Notes under the pieces: model-generated | Databases searched by the model: none | The model's input: the letters and a program-made list of their open reading frames with translations, nothing else | Told to the model about the DNA's origin: nothing | Position numbers and translations under genes: made by a program | Shown: positions 28,168 through 36,773 of the stretch, piece after piece | How the letters are laid out: every line of letters begins with the position of its first letter | How positions within the stretch are numbered: position 1 is the first letter of the stretch | Source of the DNA: an uncultured Planctomycetaceae bacterium | GTDB taxonomy: Bacteria; Planctomycetota; Planctomycetia; Pirellulales; UBA7805 | Length of the DNA: 41,072 nt | Reading direction: 5' to 3' | Assembly: GCA_964347545.1 (NCBI GenBank) | Contig: CAYFZZ010000251.1 | Location: 1 to 41,072, forward strand

Positions 28168-29628
28168 TTGACTTTTCTGGCCAAAGTTGCTGCCGCTCTT
28201 CGTAACCACGGGCTGATCTGCGCGACGATGGTCGCGTTGGCAGCCGGTGGCCAGCCTGGTTGGGCCCAGGACCGCGCCGCCGGGCCTGCACCCTCACCCT
28301 GGCAAACCACGCCCCCCGCCGCGGGCCAGACCGTGGCCGATGTGCAGATCACGGGCAACCACCGCGTGGACGAGCAGGAGATTCGGGATCAGCTTGATAC
28401 TCGACCCGGACAGCCCTTCGATCCGCGGATCGTCCAGCGGGACGTCAAAAACCTGACCAAGACCCGCAAGTTTTTTGACGTCAAGGTCAAGACACAGCCC
28501 GGTCCCCAGCCCGCCACGGTGGTGGTGATTTATGAGGTGTTCGAGTTTCCCCGGTTGGAGTACGTGCACTTTCTGGGGAACGAGGAGGTCTCCACCAAGG
28601 CCTTACGCCGCCAGGTGGAAATCCAGACCGGGGATCCGCGGGACACGACGGCCATCGAGGCTGCTCAGCGAAAATTGACCAAGTTTTATGAAGAGCGGGG
28701 CTACAACAAGGTGCAGATTACCGCTGTGGAAGGGCTGCGGTCGGAAGACCGAGGGGCGGTGTTTCGCATTCACGAAGGACCCCGGCAGCGGATCTGGGAT
28801 GTGGGGTTCGTGGGCAATTCCATCGTCTCCGGCGGACGACTGAAGACTCAGATTCAGTCCAAACCGAGCAAGTTCAAGTATGTGACGCCGCTGGCCAAGG
28901 GCTATTTCCAGCGACGTACCGTGGATGAAGATGTGCACCGCTTGACCGCGTATTACCGCAGCCTGGGCTACATGGTCGCTCGCGTGGGGCGGCAGGTCGA
29001 GTTCGATGAGGAGGGCCGCTGGGCCAACCTGACCTTCGTCATCGATGAAGGACCGCGATTCGTGGTCCGCAATGTGTCGTTCAGCGGCAACCAGACCTTT
29101 GCCGAAGCTCAGCTGCGGCCACGGATCACCCTGAATTCCGGCGATTATTTTGACTTAACCAAAATGAACAAGGATGTTCGCCAGCTGACGGACGCCTACG
29201 GCAGTGTCGGCTTCATCATGGCCGAGGTGAAACCGTCGCCGCGAACCCTCGAAAACGCTCCAGCCATCGACCTGGTGTACGACATTACCGAGGGTGACCG
29301 CTATCGGGTGGGGCAGATTCACGTGTCGATCACCGGCGATAACCCGCACACGCAACGTTCGGTCGCCTTAGATCGGATCTCGGTGCGGCCCGGCGACGTC
29401 GTCGATATCCGCGAGATTCGGGACAGCGAACGGCGGTTACGAGCTTCCGGGCTGTTTCTGACCGATCCGCTGAAGGGGGTCCGACCCCAGATCGTCTTTC
29501 GCGAGGCGGAAGAAGAGGAACAGATTGCCGAAGGGGGGGTTGAGCGGGGGACTTTTCGCGGGCAAAACCCGGATCGACCGGCCGGCTCGGTCGCGGGGCG
29601 GCCCACGACGGGGAGGGTGCCATGGTAA
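28168..29628 (+). CDS. Secreted POTRA-repeat protein (N-terminal, periplasmic part of an Omp85/BamA homologue)
   Basis: This is track ORF 28168..29628(+) with a TTG start. It has a signal peptide (MTFLAKVAAALRNHGLICATMVALAAGGQPGWAQD). Five POTRA-like units begin at ITGNHRVDEQEIRDQL, FLGNEEVSTKALRRQV, FVGNSIVSGGRLKTQI, FSGNQTFAEAQLRPRI and the final ISVRPGDVVDIREIRDSERRLRASGLF. No barrel follows in this frame. Confidence 0.8.
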   Translation: MTFLAKVAAALRNHGLICATMVALAAGGQPGWAQDRAAGPAPSPWQTTPPAAGQTVADVQITGNHRVDEQEIRDQLDTRPGQPFDPRIVQRDVKNLTKTRKFFDVKVKTQPGPQPATVVVIYEVFEFPRLEYVHFLGNEEVSTKALRRQVEIQTGDPRDTTAIEAAQRKLTKFYEERGYNKVQITAVEGLRSEDRGAVFRIHEGPRQRIWDVGFVGNSIVSGGRLKTQIQSKPSKFKYVTPLAKGYFQRRTVDEDVHRLTAYYRSLGYMVARVGRQVEFDEEGRWANLTFVIDEGPRFVVRNVSFSGNQTFAEAQLRPRITLNSGDYFDLTKMNKDVRQLTDAYGSVGFIMAEVKPSPRTLENAPAIDLVYDITEGDRYRVGQIHVSITGDNPHTQRSVALDRISVRPGDVVDIREIRDSERRLRASGLFLTDPLKGVRPQIVFREAEEEEQIAEGGVERGTFRGQNPDRPAGSVAGRPTTGRVPW

Positions 29629-31235
29629 TCCCAGCTCGATCCGCCCCCCGCCAGCTGACCGCCCTGGCCACCACTTTGCTCCTTTTGAGCGGCTGCAGCC
29701 ACTGGGGTTCGCCCTCGGCGGTGGAGGGGATTGCCCGCGGGACTTGGCCGCTGCCCCCGGCCGAAGACCGGGCCGCCGCCGTGGCGGCCGCACCGGTAAA
29801 CGCCCATCCGGGGGGCCACGCGTTTCTGGATCCTCGCCAGTCTCGCCCGCCGCAGCTGGTCCGAGGACAGGATCCCTCGGGCCCCGGCTACGGCGGCCAG
29901 AGCGTGGCGGCCCTGCCCGACGATCCGTTGGTGGGGCCGCGGTACACCAGCACACCCCAAGGATCGTACGCGGTACGGCCGGTGCAGTACGTGGCGCCGC
30001 CAGCCCCTGGCGGGACGGCCGGCGCCCCCCTGTTCCAACCGCCGGGAACGGGCCTGAATTCCTCCGGCGTGGGGCAACCCGGCCTACCTTACGGCGGCAG
30101 TGTGACCCCCGCCGCTCAGCCCCCCTTCACTCCCTCCTCCCCGCTGACGCTGCCCCCCGATCGGCCCATCGATCTGGATTTGTTGTTGCAGGAAGCGCAA
30201 ACGGGCCGCCTCATGTTCGGCGTGGGGATCAACTCGGACGCGGGGCTAGTGGGCAACATTGTGATTGACGAACAGAATTTTGACATTGGGCGGTGGCCCA
30301 CGGGGCTGGACGACTGGCTGAACGGCACCGCTTTCCGCGGCGCCGGCCAACGATTCCGCTTGGAAGCCTTACCCGGCACGGAGGTTCAGCGGTATTCGAT
30401 CAGTTTTTCCGACCCGTATTTCCTCGGTACCAACGTCAGCTTTGGGGCCAGCGGGTTTTATTACGAACGAAATTTCACGGATTGGGACGAGCGGCGTTTT
30501 GGGGGGAGGTTAAATCTGGGTTACATCTTCCCCTACCGCCCCGACCTGTCGACCACCCTCTCGGCTCGTTACGAACAGATTGACATTTCCAATCCCCGCG
30601 TCCCCACGCCCCCGGAATTGTTGGAGGTCTTGGGTGAAAATGACCTGGTCAGCCTCCGCTGGGAAGTGGCGCATGACACTCGCGACAACGCATTTCTCCC
30701 CTCCCAGGGCCACCTCCTGCGGCTCTCGTTCGAACAAGCCATGGGGACGTTCACCTATCCGAAATTTGAAGGGGACTACCGCCGATACTTTGTGATGCGC
30801 GAGCGTCCGGACGGGTCCGGGCGCCATGTCCTGGGCCTGGCAGGTCGCCTGGGCGTGGCCGGTTCGGACACCCCCATCTACGAAAATTTCTATGCGGGCG
30901 GTTTTTCGACGTTACGCGGCTTCGAGTTTCGTGGGGCCTCCCCCACCAACCTGGGGGTGATCGTCGGTGGCGAATTCTTGCTGTTGGCCAGCGCCGAATA
31001 TCGATTTCCCCTCACCGCGGACGACAACCTCTACGGTTCCTTCTTCCTGGATGCGGGAACCGTGGAAGAGCGGGTGGAGATCAACGACTTCCGTGTCACT
31101 CCCGGTTTCGAAGTGCGGGTCAACATCCCGGCCCTGGGGCCGGTCCCCCTGGCGGTGGGCATCGGCGTGCCCATCGTGCACGCTCAAGGCGACGACATCC
31201 AGAATTTCCACTTCTTTGTGGGTGTCAGCCGCTAG
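29622..31235 (+). CDS. Omp85/BamA-type beta-barrel protein with predicted lipoprotein signal peptide and long Pro/Gly linker
   Basis: This is track ORF 29622..31235(+). Its N-terminus MVIPARSAPRQLTALATTLLLLSGCSHW has an L-S-G-C lipobox. About 170 aa of P/G-rich linker follow. The barrel then runs from TGRLMFGVGINSDAGLVGNIVIDEQNF through YAGGFSTLRGFEF (the conserved L6 region) to the C-terminal strand NFHFFVGVSR. The gene overlaps the POTRA ORF by 7 nt, in a different frame. Confidence 0.8.
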   Translation: MVIPARSAPRQLTALATTLLLLSGCSHWGSPSAVEGIARGTWPLPPAEDRAAAVAAAPVNAHPGGHAFLDPRQSRPPQLVRGQDPSGPGYGGQSVAALPDDPLVGPRYTSTPQGSYAVRPVQYVAPPAPGGTAGAPLFQPPGTGLNSSGVGQPGLPYGGSVTPAAQPPFTPSSPLTLPPDRPIDLDLLLQEAQTGRLMFGVGINSDAGLVGNIVIDEQNFDIGRWPTGLDDWLNGTAFRGAGQRFRLEALPGTEVQRYSISFSDPYFLGTNVSFGASGFYYERNFTDWDERRFGGRLNLGYIFPYRPDLSTTLSARYEQIDISNPRVPTPPELLEVLGENDLVSLRWEVAHDTRDNAFLPSQGHLLRLSFEQAMGTFTYPKFEGDYRRYFVMRERPDGSGRHVLGLAGRLGVAGSDTPIYENFYAGGFSTLRGFEFRGASPTNLGVIVGGEFLLLASAEYRFPLTADDNLYGSFFLDAGTVEERVEINDFRVTPGFEVRVNIPALGPVPLAVGIGVPIVHAQGDDIQNFHFFVGVSR

Positions 31236-31236
31236 C

Positions 31237-32070
31237 TCAATCCGGCTCGCTCGACCGGAAGGGTAACGGATAGCTGGGCATCCAGCCCAAGGGGAGGGTG
31301 ACCCCGCTGATCCACCGCGCTTCGTTCGACGCCAGGAAGGCCACCGCCGCGGCCACGTCCTGGGTCACGCCGATTCCCAGGGGGTGGCAAGCCTGCAGTT
31401 TTTCCCAGGCATCGGCCGTCAGCCGCTGGACGTGCCGAGCGGCCATGGGGGTGCGGACCAAGGCGGGCGCCACGCCCACCACGCGCACCCCTTGATCGGC
31501 CATTTCCACGGCCAACGACTGTGTCATCCCGTTCAAGCCCGCCTTGGTGGCACTGTACGCCACCAATCCCGGCGTGCCCCCCAGGGCCGTGCAGGACGAA
31601 ACATTGACCACCACCCCCCCGCTCTCCTTCAGCGCCGGCAACATGGCTCGCGTGGTACGCATCACCCCGGTCAAGTTCACGTCCAGCAGTTCGTCCCACT
31701 CCTCGTCCGAGAGATTTTCGAAATCATGAGCCGTCTCGATACCGGCATTGTTCACCAGCACATCAATCTGCCCAAATTCGCCCAGACAAGCGTCGCGGGC
31801 CCGGTCCACCGCCCCCTGGTCCCGCACATCACAGTCGTTCCAGACCACGGGCTGCTTGAACGAATCCAGCCGTTCCAGCAGTTCGCCAGGGGCGCCGCGC
31901 GAGATCAGCCCCAGGGCGGCACCTTCCCGAGCCAGTCGCAGGGCGATCGCACCCCCAATGCCGAAGGGGCTGGCGCCGGTAATGACAGCAACCTTGCCGG
32001 TAAACCGCGCAGGCACAGCCGGCAGTTCCGCCGTGGCGGGGGCACTGTTCTCCTGAAAGTCGGTCGACAT
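31237..32070 (-). CDS. Short-chain dehydrogenase/reductase (SDR)
   Basis: This is track ORF 31237..32124(-), taken from ATG 32070 (MSTDFQ). It has the TGASPFGIGGAIA cofactor loop, an NNAG motif, and the catalytic S...YSATK triad region (AYSATKAG). Confidence 0.9.
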   Translation of the reverse strand: MSTDFQENSAPATAELPAVPARFTGKVAVITGASPFGIGGAIALRLAREGAALGLISRGAPGELLERLDSFKQPVVWNDCDVRDQGAVDRARDACLGEFGQIDVLVNNAGIETAHDFENLSDEEWDELLDVNLTGVMRTTRAMLPALKESGGVVVNVSSCTALGGTPGLVAYSATKAGLNGMTQSLAVEMADQGVRVVGVAPALVRTPMAARHVQRLTADAWEKLQACHPLGIGVTQDVAAAVAFLASNEARWISGVTLPLGWMPSYPLPFRSSEPD

Positions 32071-32471
32071 GGGCGGCAGGCAGTTTGCGGGGCGGGGGGG
32101 GCAGAGCGTCGCCGGATGGCGCAAACGTTTATTGTGAGAAGGCGAGCGGCGAATGTCAAATCCTCACCGCCGTCCCGTCCGGGAGGGGCCAGGCCTCGGC
32201 CCACTGCCGGCAGCCGAAACCGTGGCGGCGGTGCTGGCATGGTCCAGCCAGCACGGCCTGACCAGCGGTGAAGGTTCGCCGACCGTTAAAATTTGCCTGC
32301 TTTGGCTCTACTCCCAGAGGGACGCTCGGCGGCCGGAACGTCTAAAGCCTTATCACGCCAGCTCTCGATACTGATAAACAGATCCCGTCCGCGCGCGCTA
32401 GAATCGCCCCTCGTCTGCCGCGAACAACCGCATCTCTCGTCAGGCTATCCGCTCCTCACCAGGAGGCTGTC

Positions 32472-33701
32472 ATGTCTTCCCGCTGGTTTTCCGGCCTTTC
32501 GCACGTCACCACGGCGATCGCGCTGGTTGCTGTTTGTGCGTTCCCCGTCCGTGGTCAAGATACGCTCGATTCGGAATCACTCGCCGAGGCGCTGGCGGGG
32601 CCTGAGCAAGCCGCGGCCGCCGACCCGCAACCGGCTGATGCGCCGGCGGGCAAAGTGGAGGTTATCCGTGAGCGGCATCCCAACCGGGCGGTCAAGGTCG
32701 AACGCGAGGTGATCCGCGACGCGAACGATAACTATGTCAATCACGGCAGCTGGCGAATGTGGGACGAAAAAGGCAACATGGTGGCGAAGGGCACCTACAA
32801 TCACGGCCAACAGACGGGCGAGTGGACAGCCTGGTACGCGGCGCGGGCCAACCCCATTTTTCAGCAGCAGCCCTTCAACGAATTCGTGGGTCCTTTCACG
32901 TCGCATGCCTCCTTCCAGGCAGGACAGCTGCACGGCACGTGGACGATCTACGATGGCAAGAAGCGGAAGGTTTTCGAATTCCATTACGCGGACGGCGTGC
33001 GGCACGGGACCTGCACCCGCATCTACAGCAACGGCCGCAAGATGGAGGAGATCCAGTACGAACATGGCCAGCTGGAGGGGGCCTTCCGCCAGTGGACCCC
33101 CGACGGTCGTCTGGTGCGGGACGACGTGTACGAAAAAGGCCGTACCGTGGGCCGCAAAATGGCTCATTACCGCGACGGCCGAAAGAAAAGCGAAGCAGAA
33201 TTCCTGCTGGCCAAACAGGAACTGGCCGGCTCGGACGACTGGTGGAAAATTTCGTTGGCCACCACGGTTAAGCGAGGTGAAGACGAAAAACATGGTCCCT
33301 GGCGGACCTGGTACCCCAGCGGGCAATTACAGGTGCAGGCCAACTATCATCACAATCGGCCTTCCGGAGAAATGCCCTGGTCCTGGTGGTACGAAAACGG
33401 GCAGAGAGCCGTGGAAGGGCCTTACGTGGAAGGACAACAACAGGGGACCTGGACCTGGTGGCACCCCAACGGGCAGAAGAAACTGGCCGGCAGTTACGTC
33501 AGCGGCGAACCGTCCGGCAAGTGGATCTGGTGGAAGACGGACGGGATGGTCCTGCAGAAGATCGATTTTTCTGCCGTCAGCCGCGACCTGGTCGAGGAAA
33601 AAATTCCGGATGCCACCGCCGATCACCGCGGATCGGAACCCAGCGTGCTGGCCGTGCCGCTGAACAGCCAGCGGCCCGACTTGCACAGCATCAAGAAATA
33701 A
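32472..33701 (+). CDS. Secreted MORN-variant / YwqK-family repeat protein
   Basis: This is track ORF 32472..33701(+). It has a signal peptide (MSSRWFSGLSHVTTAIALVAVCAFPVRGQD). At least 10 repeats of the G-x-W-x-x-W-Y-x-x-G-x type are present, for example HGSWRMWDEKGN, TGEWTAWY, HGTWTIYDGKK, HGPWRTWYPSGQ and QGTWTWWHPNGQ. Confidence 0.8.
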   Translation: MSSRWFSGLSHVTTAIALVAVCAFPVRGQDTLDSESLAEALAGPEQAAAADPQPADAPAGKVEVIRERHPNRAVKVEREVIRDANDNYVNHGSWRMWDEKGNMVAKGTYNHGQQTGEWTAWYAARANPIFQQQPFNEFVGPFTSHASFQAGQLHGTWTIYDGKKRKVFEFHYADGVRHGTCTRIYSNGRKMEEIQYEHGQLEGAFRQWTPDGRLVRDDVYEKGRTVGRKMAHYRDGRKKSEAEFLLAKQELAGSDDWWKISLATTVKRGEDEKHGPWRTWYPSGQLQVQANYHHNRPSGEMPWSWWYENGQRAVEGPYVEGQQQGTWTWWHPNGQKKLAGSYVSGEPSGKWIWWKTDGMVLQKIDFSAVSRDLVEEKIPDATADHRGSEPSVLAVPLNSQRPDLHSIKK

Positions 33702-33792
33702 CCTGCCCGTGGGCTTCCCGTAACACTTTCCCGGATTGCAGTCGAGGGAAAGCGAGCGCTGTTTCCGCTTTTTGTTAGACACGCCTGCGGTC

Positions 33793-33968
33793 CCCTCTCC
33801 CCCGTCCCGGCTTGCCGGGATGGGGGAGAGGGCCAGGGGGGCCAGGGTGAGGGGGCCCTCCGCTGCCGCCCCCTCACCCTAACCCCCCTAACCCTCTCCC
33901 CCACAGCGATGCCGAGCACGCCATTTGAGTGCCGGTCCCAATAGGGGCATCGCTGCGGGGGAGAGGGG
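33793..33968. repeat. Three consecutive long GC-rich hairpins between convergent genes (likely bidirectional terminator / repeat-element cluster)
   Basis: Hairpin 1 is CCCTCTCCCCCGTCCCGGC-TT-GCCGGGATGGGGGAGAGGG (33793-33832). Hairpin 2 is AGGGTGAGGGGG (33844-33855) paired with CCCCCTCACCCT (33869-33880). Hairpin 3 is CCCTCTCCCCCACAGCGATGCC (33892-33913) paired with GGCATCGCTGCGGGGGAGAGGG (33946-33967), with one mismatch. Confidence 0.85.
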
Positions 33969-34051
33969 ACTTTGGTGGGCCGAACGTCAATTCTGATGGG
34001 CGACTTTTACCAATCTCAACTCACGGGAACACGTGGCCGCGGCACCAGTCG

Positions 34052-35077
34052 TCACTCGTCGCAGCGGATGACGACCTTGCCCAGGTGCTGGCCGGACTGG
34101 AGGTGAGCCAGGGCTTGGGGAGCCGCCCCGAAGTCAAACACCCGATCGATCACCGGCCGCAGGCGGGCGGTTTCTACGGCGCGCAGCAGGCAAGCCAGTT
34201 CGGCGGCAGACTCCATGTAGATCCCCCGCAGCTGCACCTGGTGCATCACGATCTGGAACACGTTGACATCGGCTTGCAGTCCATCCAGGACCCCAATCAC
34301 GGCCACGCGGGCGCCGTAGCCGCAGGCCTGGATCGATCGGGCCAGGGTGGCACCCCCCGCGGTCTCGACCACCACGTCCACCCCCCGCCCGGCCGTAATG
34401 CGGCGCACCGTTTGGGGCCAGTCTTCGTCCCGGTAGTCGATCGTGTGAGCGACCCCCTGTTCCTCCTCTAACCGCCGCGCCTTGTCCCGGCTGGACGTAC
34501 TGACGATCACGCGAGCGCCCAGCAGTTTGGCCAGTTGCAGGGCAAACAAGGAAACGCCCCCGGTGCCGTGGACCAGAACCCACTCGCCAGGCCGCGCCCT
34601 CCCGTGGGTCACCACCGCGGCCCAAGCGGTCAGACCGGCGACGGTGAAGGTACAGCCTTCCTCAAAATCCAGATGCGGCGGAATTTTCAGGAGGGACGCC
34701 GCGGGATAGGTGATCCGTTCCGCCAGCACGCCGTCGACTCCCTGGCCGCCGACGAAGGTTTTCGACCAGCTGCGATTCAGCGGCCCGGCCGGCCACTGCT
34801 TCAACGGGGCGTTCAGGACGCGGTCACCTACCTGCAGATCCGTCACCCCCGGCCCCACCTCGCTGACGACGCCCGCCATGTCCGAGCTGAGGATGATCGG
34901 CGGATCCTGCTGACCGCCGTAATCACCACGAGCCACCAGCAGGTCACGGTAGTTGAGCGACACGGCGCGGACATCGACGCCAACCTCGCCACCCCCCACC
35001 CCAGGCGCGGACCGCTCCTGGATCCGCAAACTCGCCATCCCCGTACCGTCGGTGGTCCAGCATCGCATGGTCAGCAT
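34052..35077 (-). CDS. Medium-chain (zinc-type/quinone oxidoreductase-like) NAD(P)-dependent dehydrogenase
   Basis: This is the 3' part of track ORF 34052..35293(-), taken from ATG 35077 (MLTMRCW); ATG 35068 is an alternative. It has GEVGVDVRAVSLNYRDLL, GEWVLVHGTGGVSLFALQLAKLLGARVI as the Rossmann GxGGxG-type loop, and the terminus GKVVIRCDE. Confidence 0.9.
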   Translation of the reverse strand: MLTMRCWTTDGTGMASLRIQERSAPGVGGGEVGVDVRAVSLNYRDLLVARGDYGGQQDPPIILSSDMAGVVSEVGPGVTDLQVGDRVLNAPLKQWPAGPLNRSWSKTFVGGQGVDGVLAERITYPAASLLKIPPHLDFEEGCTFTVAGLTAWAAVVTHGRARPGEWVLVHGTGGVSLFALQLAKLLGARVIVSTSSRDKARRLEEEQGVAHTIDYRDEDWPQTVRRITAGRGVDVVVETAGGATLARSIQACGYGARVAVIGVLDGLQADVNVFQIVMHQVQLRGIYMESAAELACLLRAVETARLRPVIDRVFDFGAAPQALAHLQSGQHLGKVVIRCDE

Positions 35078-35355
35078 TCCGGGGGCGGCGTGGGCGTTGA
35101 TTCCGGGGCTGGAGTCTAGCACATGCTGGCGCAAAGAGGCAATTCTGGCGATGCTATCCTTCAAACCGGCTTGACCCCCCCCACCTCGCTCGTTTACGCT
35201 CCGCCCCCCCAGCGGCGTGGGGTGGGGGCCGACCGTCCCCCCGGACGCTGCCGTGGCGCGGGTCCAGATGGGGTCGCGGGGGGTCGCCACCACCCAGGAA
35301 GCGGGTGGCTGCCCGAGGGCCCCTGCGACGGTTGAGGGTGAAGGGGTGTGCTGAC

Positions 35356-36438
35356 ATGGTGCTCGATCGCAAATTTCATCCCCCCATCTCCCGATGGTGC
35401 CGGTTCAGCTTGCTGCTGGGGTTGCTGGCCGCCGGCTCGCTAGCCCTGGCCGCCACACCCCCGGCTGCGGATGACCGGTTGCTGCTGCTGACCAACGGTC
35501 AGGTATTGCGCGGCCAGGTCAGCCTGCACGGGGATGACTATCTGGTGACGCTGCCTTACGGAGAGATTCGCGTACCGCTCGAGCAGGTCGAGCATGTCTG
35601 CGGTACGCTGGAAGAAGGTTTGCGGCTGAAACAAAACGCGATTCGCTTTGGGTCTGCCACGCAGCACCTGCGGCTGGCCAATTGGTGCCTGGACCACGAG
35701 CTGCACGAGGCTGCTCGGCAGCAACTGGCCACCGCGATGTCGCTGGACCCGCCCCACCGCTGGGCTGCGGCAACGGCCCACCGCCTGGCCGTCGCCAGCC
35801 GGGAGGCACAGCCGGTGGTGCCGCCGGTGACCGTCAGCCCGCCGGCCACGGATGCCTCGCAGTTGGAGGCGCTGGTTCGCCAGTTGCCGCCGGGTGCGGT
35901 CGAGTCCTTTACGCAGACGATCCAGCCGCTGTTGGTCAACAGTTGTTCGTCCCGGTCGTGTCACGGAGCGGCGGCTACCAACGATTTTCGCCTGCATCGT
36001 TTTCCCCCCGGCCAGAAACCGCGCCGGCGAGTGACGCTGCGCAATCTGGAAGCGGTTTTGCCTTGGGTCGACCGCGACGATCCGACCGCCAGTCGCCTGG
36101 TGTATGCCGCCACGCACCCCCACGGGGTCTCGCGACAATCGGCGCTGCTCTCGGACCATTCCCAGCGCAAACTGTGGGAGTGGGTCCAGGGGCTGGCCAC
36201 ACCTTCCTCGTCACCGCCAGCGACAGACGGCCCGCTGGAGGCCCCGCCGGAGGGGCCGGCCTTCGCCGCGGGTCGTTCCGCCCTGCACAACCCGGCCGAG
36301 TCCCAGCCGGTGGATGGGGGGCGGGCGCCGCGCAAGACCGCAGATCGACAGCGATCCGCGGCGGAAGGTGGGCATCCGTACGATCCCCGCGATCCCTTTG
36401 ATCCCGAGATTTTTAACCGCCGCTACCACGCGCCGTAA
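35356..36438 (+). CDS. Hypothetical secreted protein with planctomycete cytochrome-c-like (PSCyt-type) motif
   Basis: This is track ORF 35305..36438(+), taken from ATG 35356. It has a signal/anchor (RFSLLLGLLAAGSLALAA). The segment FTQTIQPLLVNSCSSRSCHGAAATNDFRL resembles the F..I.PIL...C...CHG block of PSCyt domains. I recognise nothing else in it. Confidence 0.55.
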   Translation: MVLDRKFHPPISRWCRFSLLLGLLAAGSLALAATPPAADDRLLLLTNGQVLRGQVSLHGDDYLVTLPYGEIRVPLEQVEHVCGTLEEGLRLKQNAIRFGSATQHLRLANWCLDHELHEAARQQLATAMSLDPPHRWAAATAHRLAVASREAQPVVPPVTVSPPATDASQLEALVRQLPPGAVESFTQTIQPLLVNSCSSRSCHGAAATNDFRLHRFPPGQKPRRRVTLRNLEAVLPWVDRDDPTASRLVYAATHPHGVSRQSALLSDHSQRKLWEWVQGLATPSSSPPATDGPLEAPPEGPAFAAGRSALHNPAESQPVDGGRAPRKTADRQRSAAEGGHPYDPRDPFDPEIFNRRYHAP

Positions 36439-36773
36439 GCGAGGGTTGGGGGGGGGCGGGGCCGCCGGGTGTCGATTGGGGATAGGCTCTGCCCTGAGGG
36501 TGCTGCCACCCGTCCGTCTCCCTCCCCGCCTCCGCCTCAGCCGGGGGCACCCCCGCGGTCCCCCTGCATGCCCCCCGCCGGCAGCGGTGGTCGCTGTTGG
36601 TTGCCCACAGGGGGCGATTAAAGCGTATGATATAGGGTAGTTGCACGTGGCGATGGACCGCTCGAGCCGGATTTGTCATATTCACGTTTTCGTCATCACT
36701 TTGAACCATCGCCGCCCGGTTGGCAGCCGGCGTCTTGCCTGGGAACCGCCGCGTGGGGGAGGGGTATGGGTGC

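Noticed and set aside
29525-30268. A 247-aa ORF in the third frame across the POTRA/barrel junction, considered as a possible bridging frame for a frameshifted BamA.
   Set aside because: The translation is Arg/Gly/Pro-rich with no similarity to Omp85 linker or barrel sequence, and it does not join the two homologous frames.
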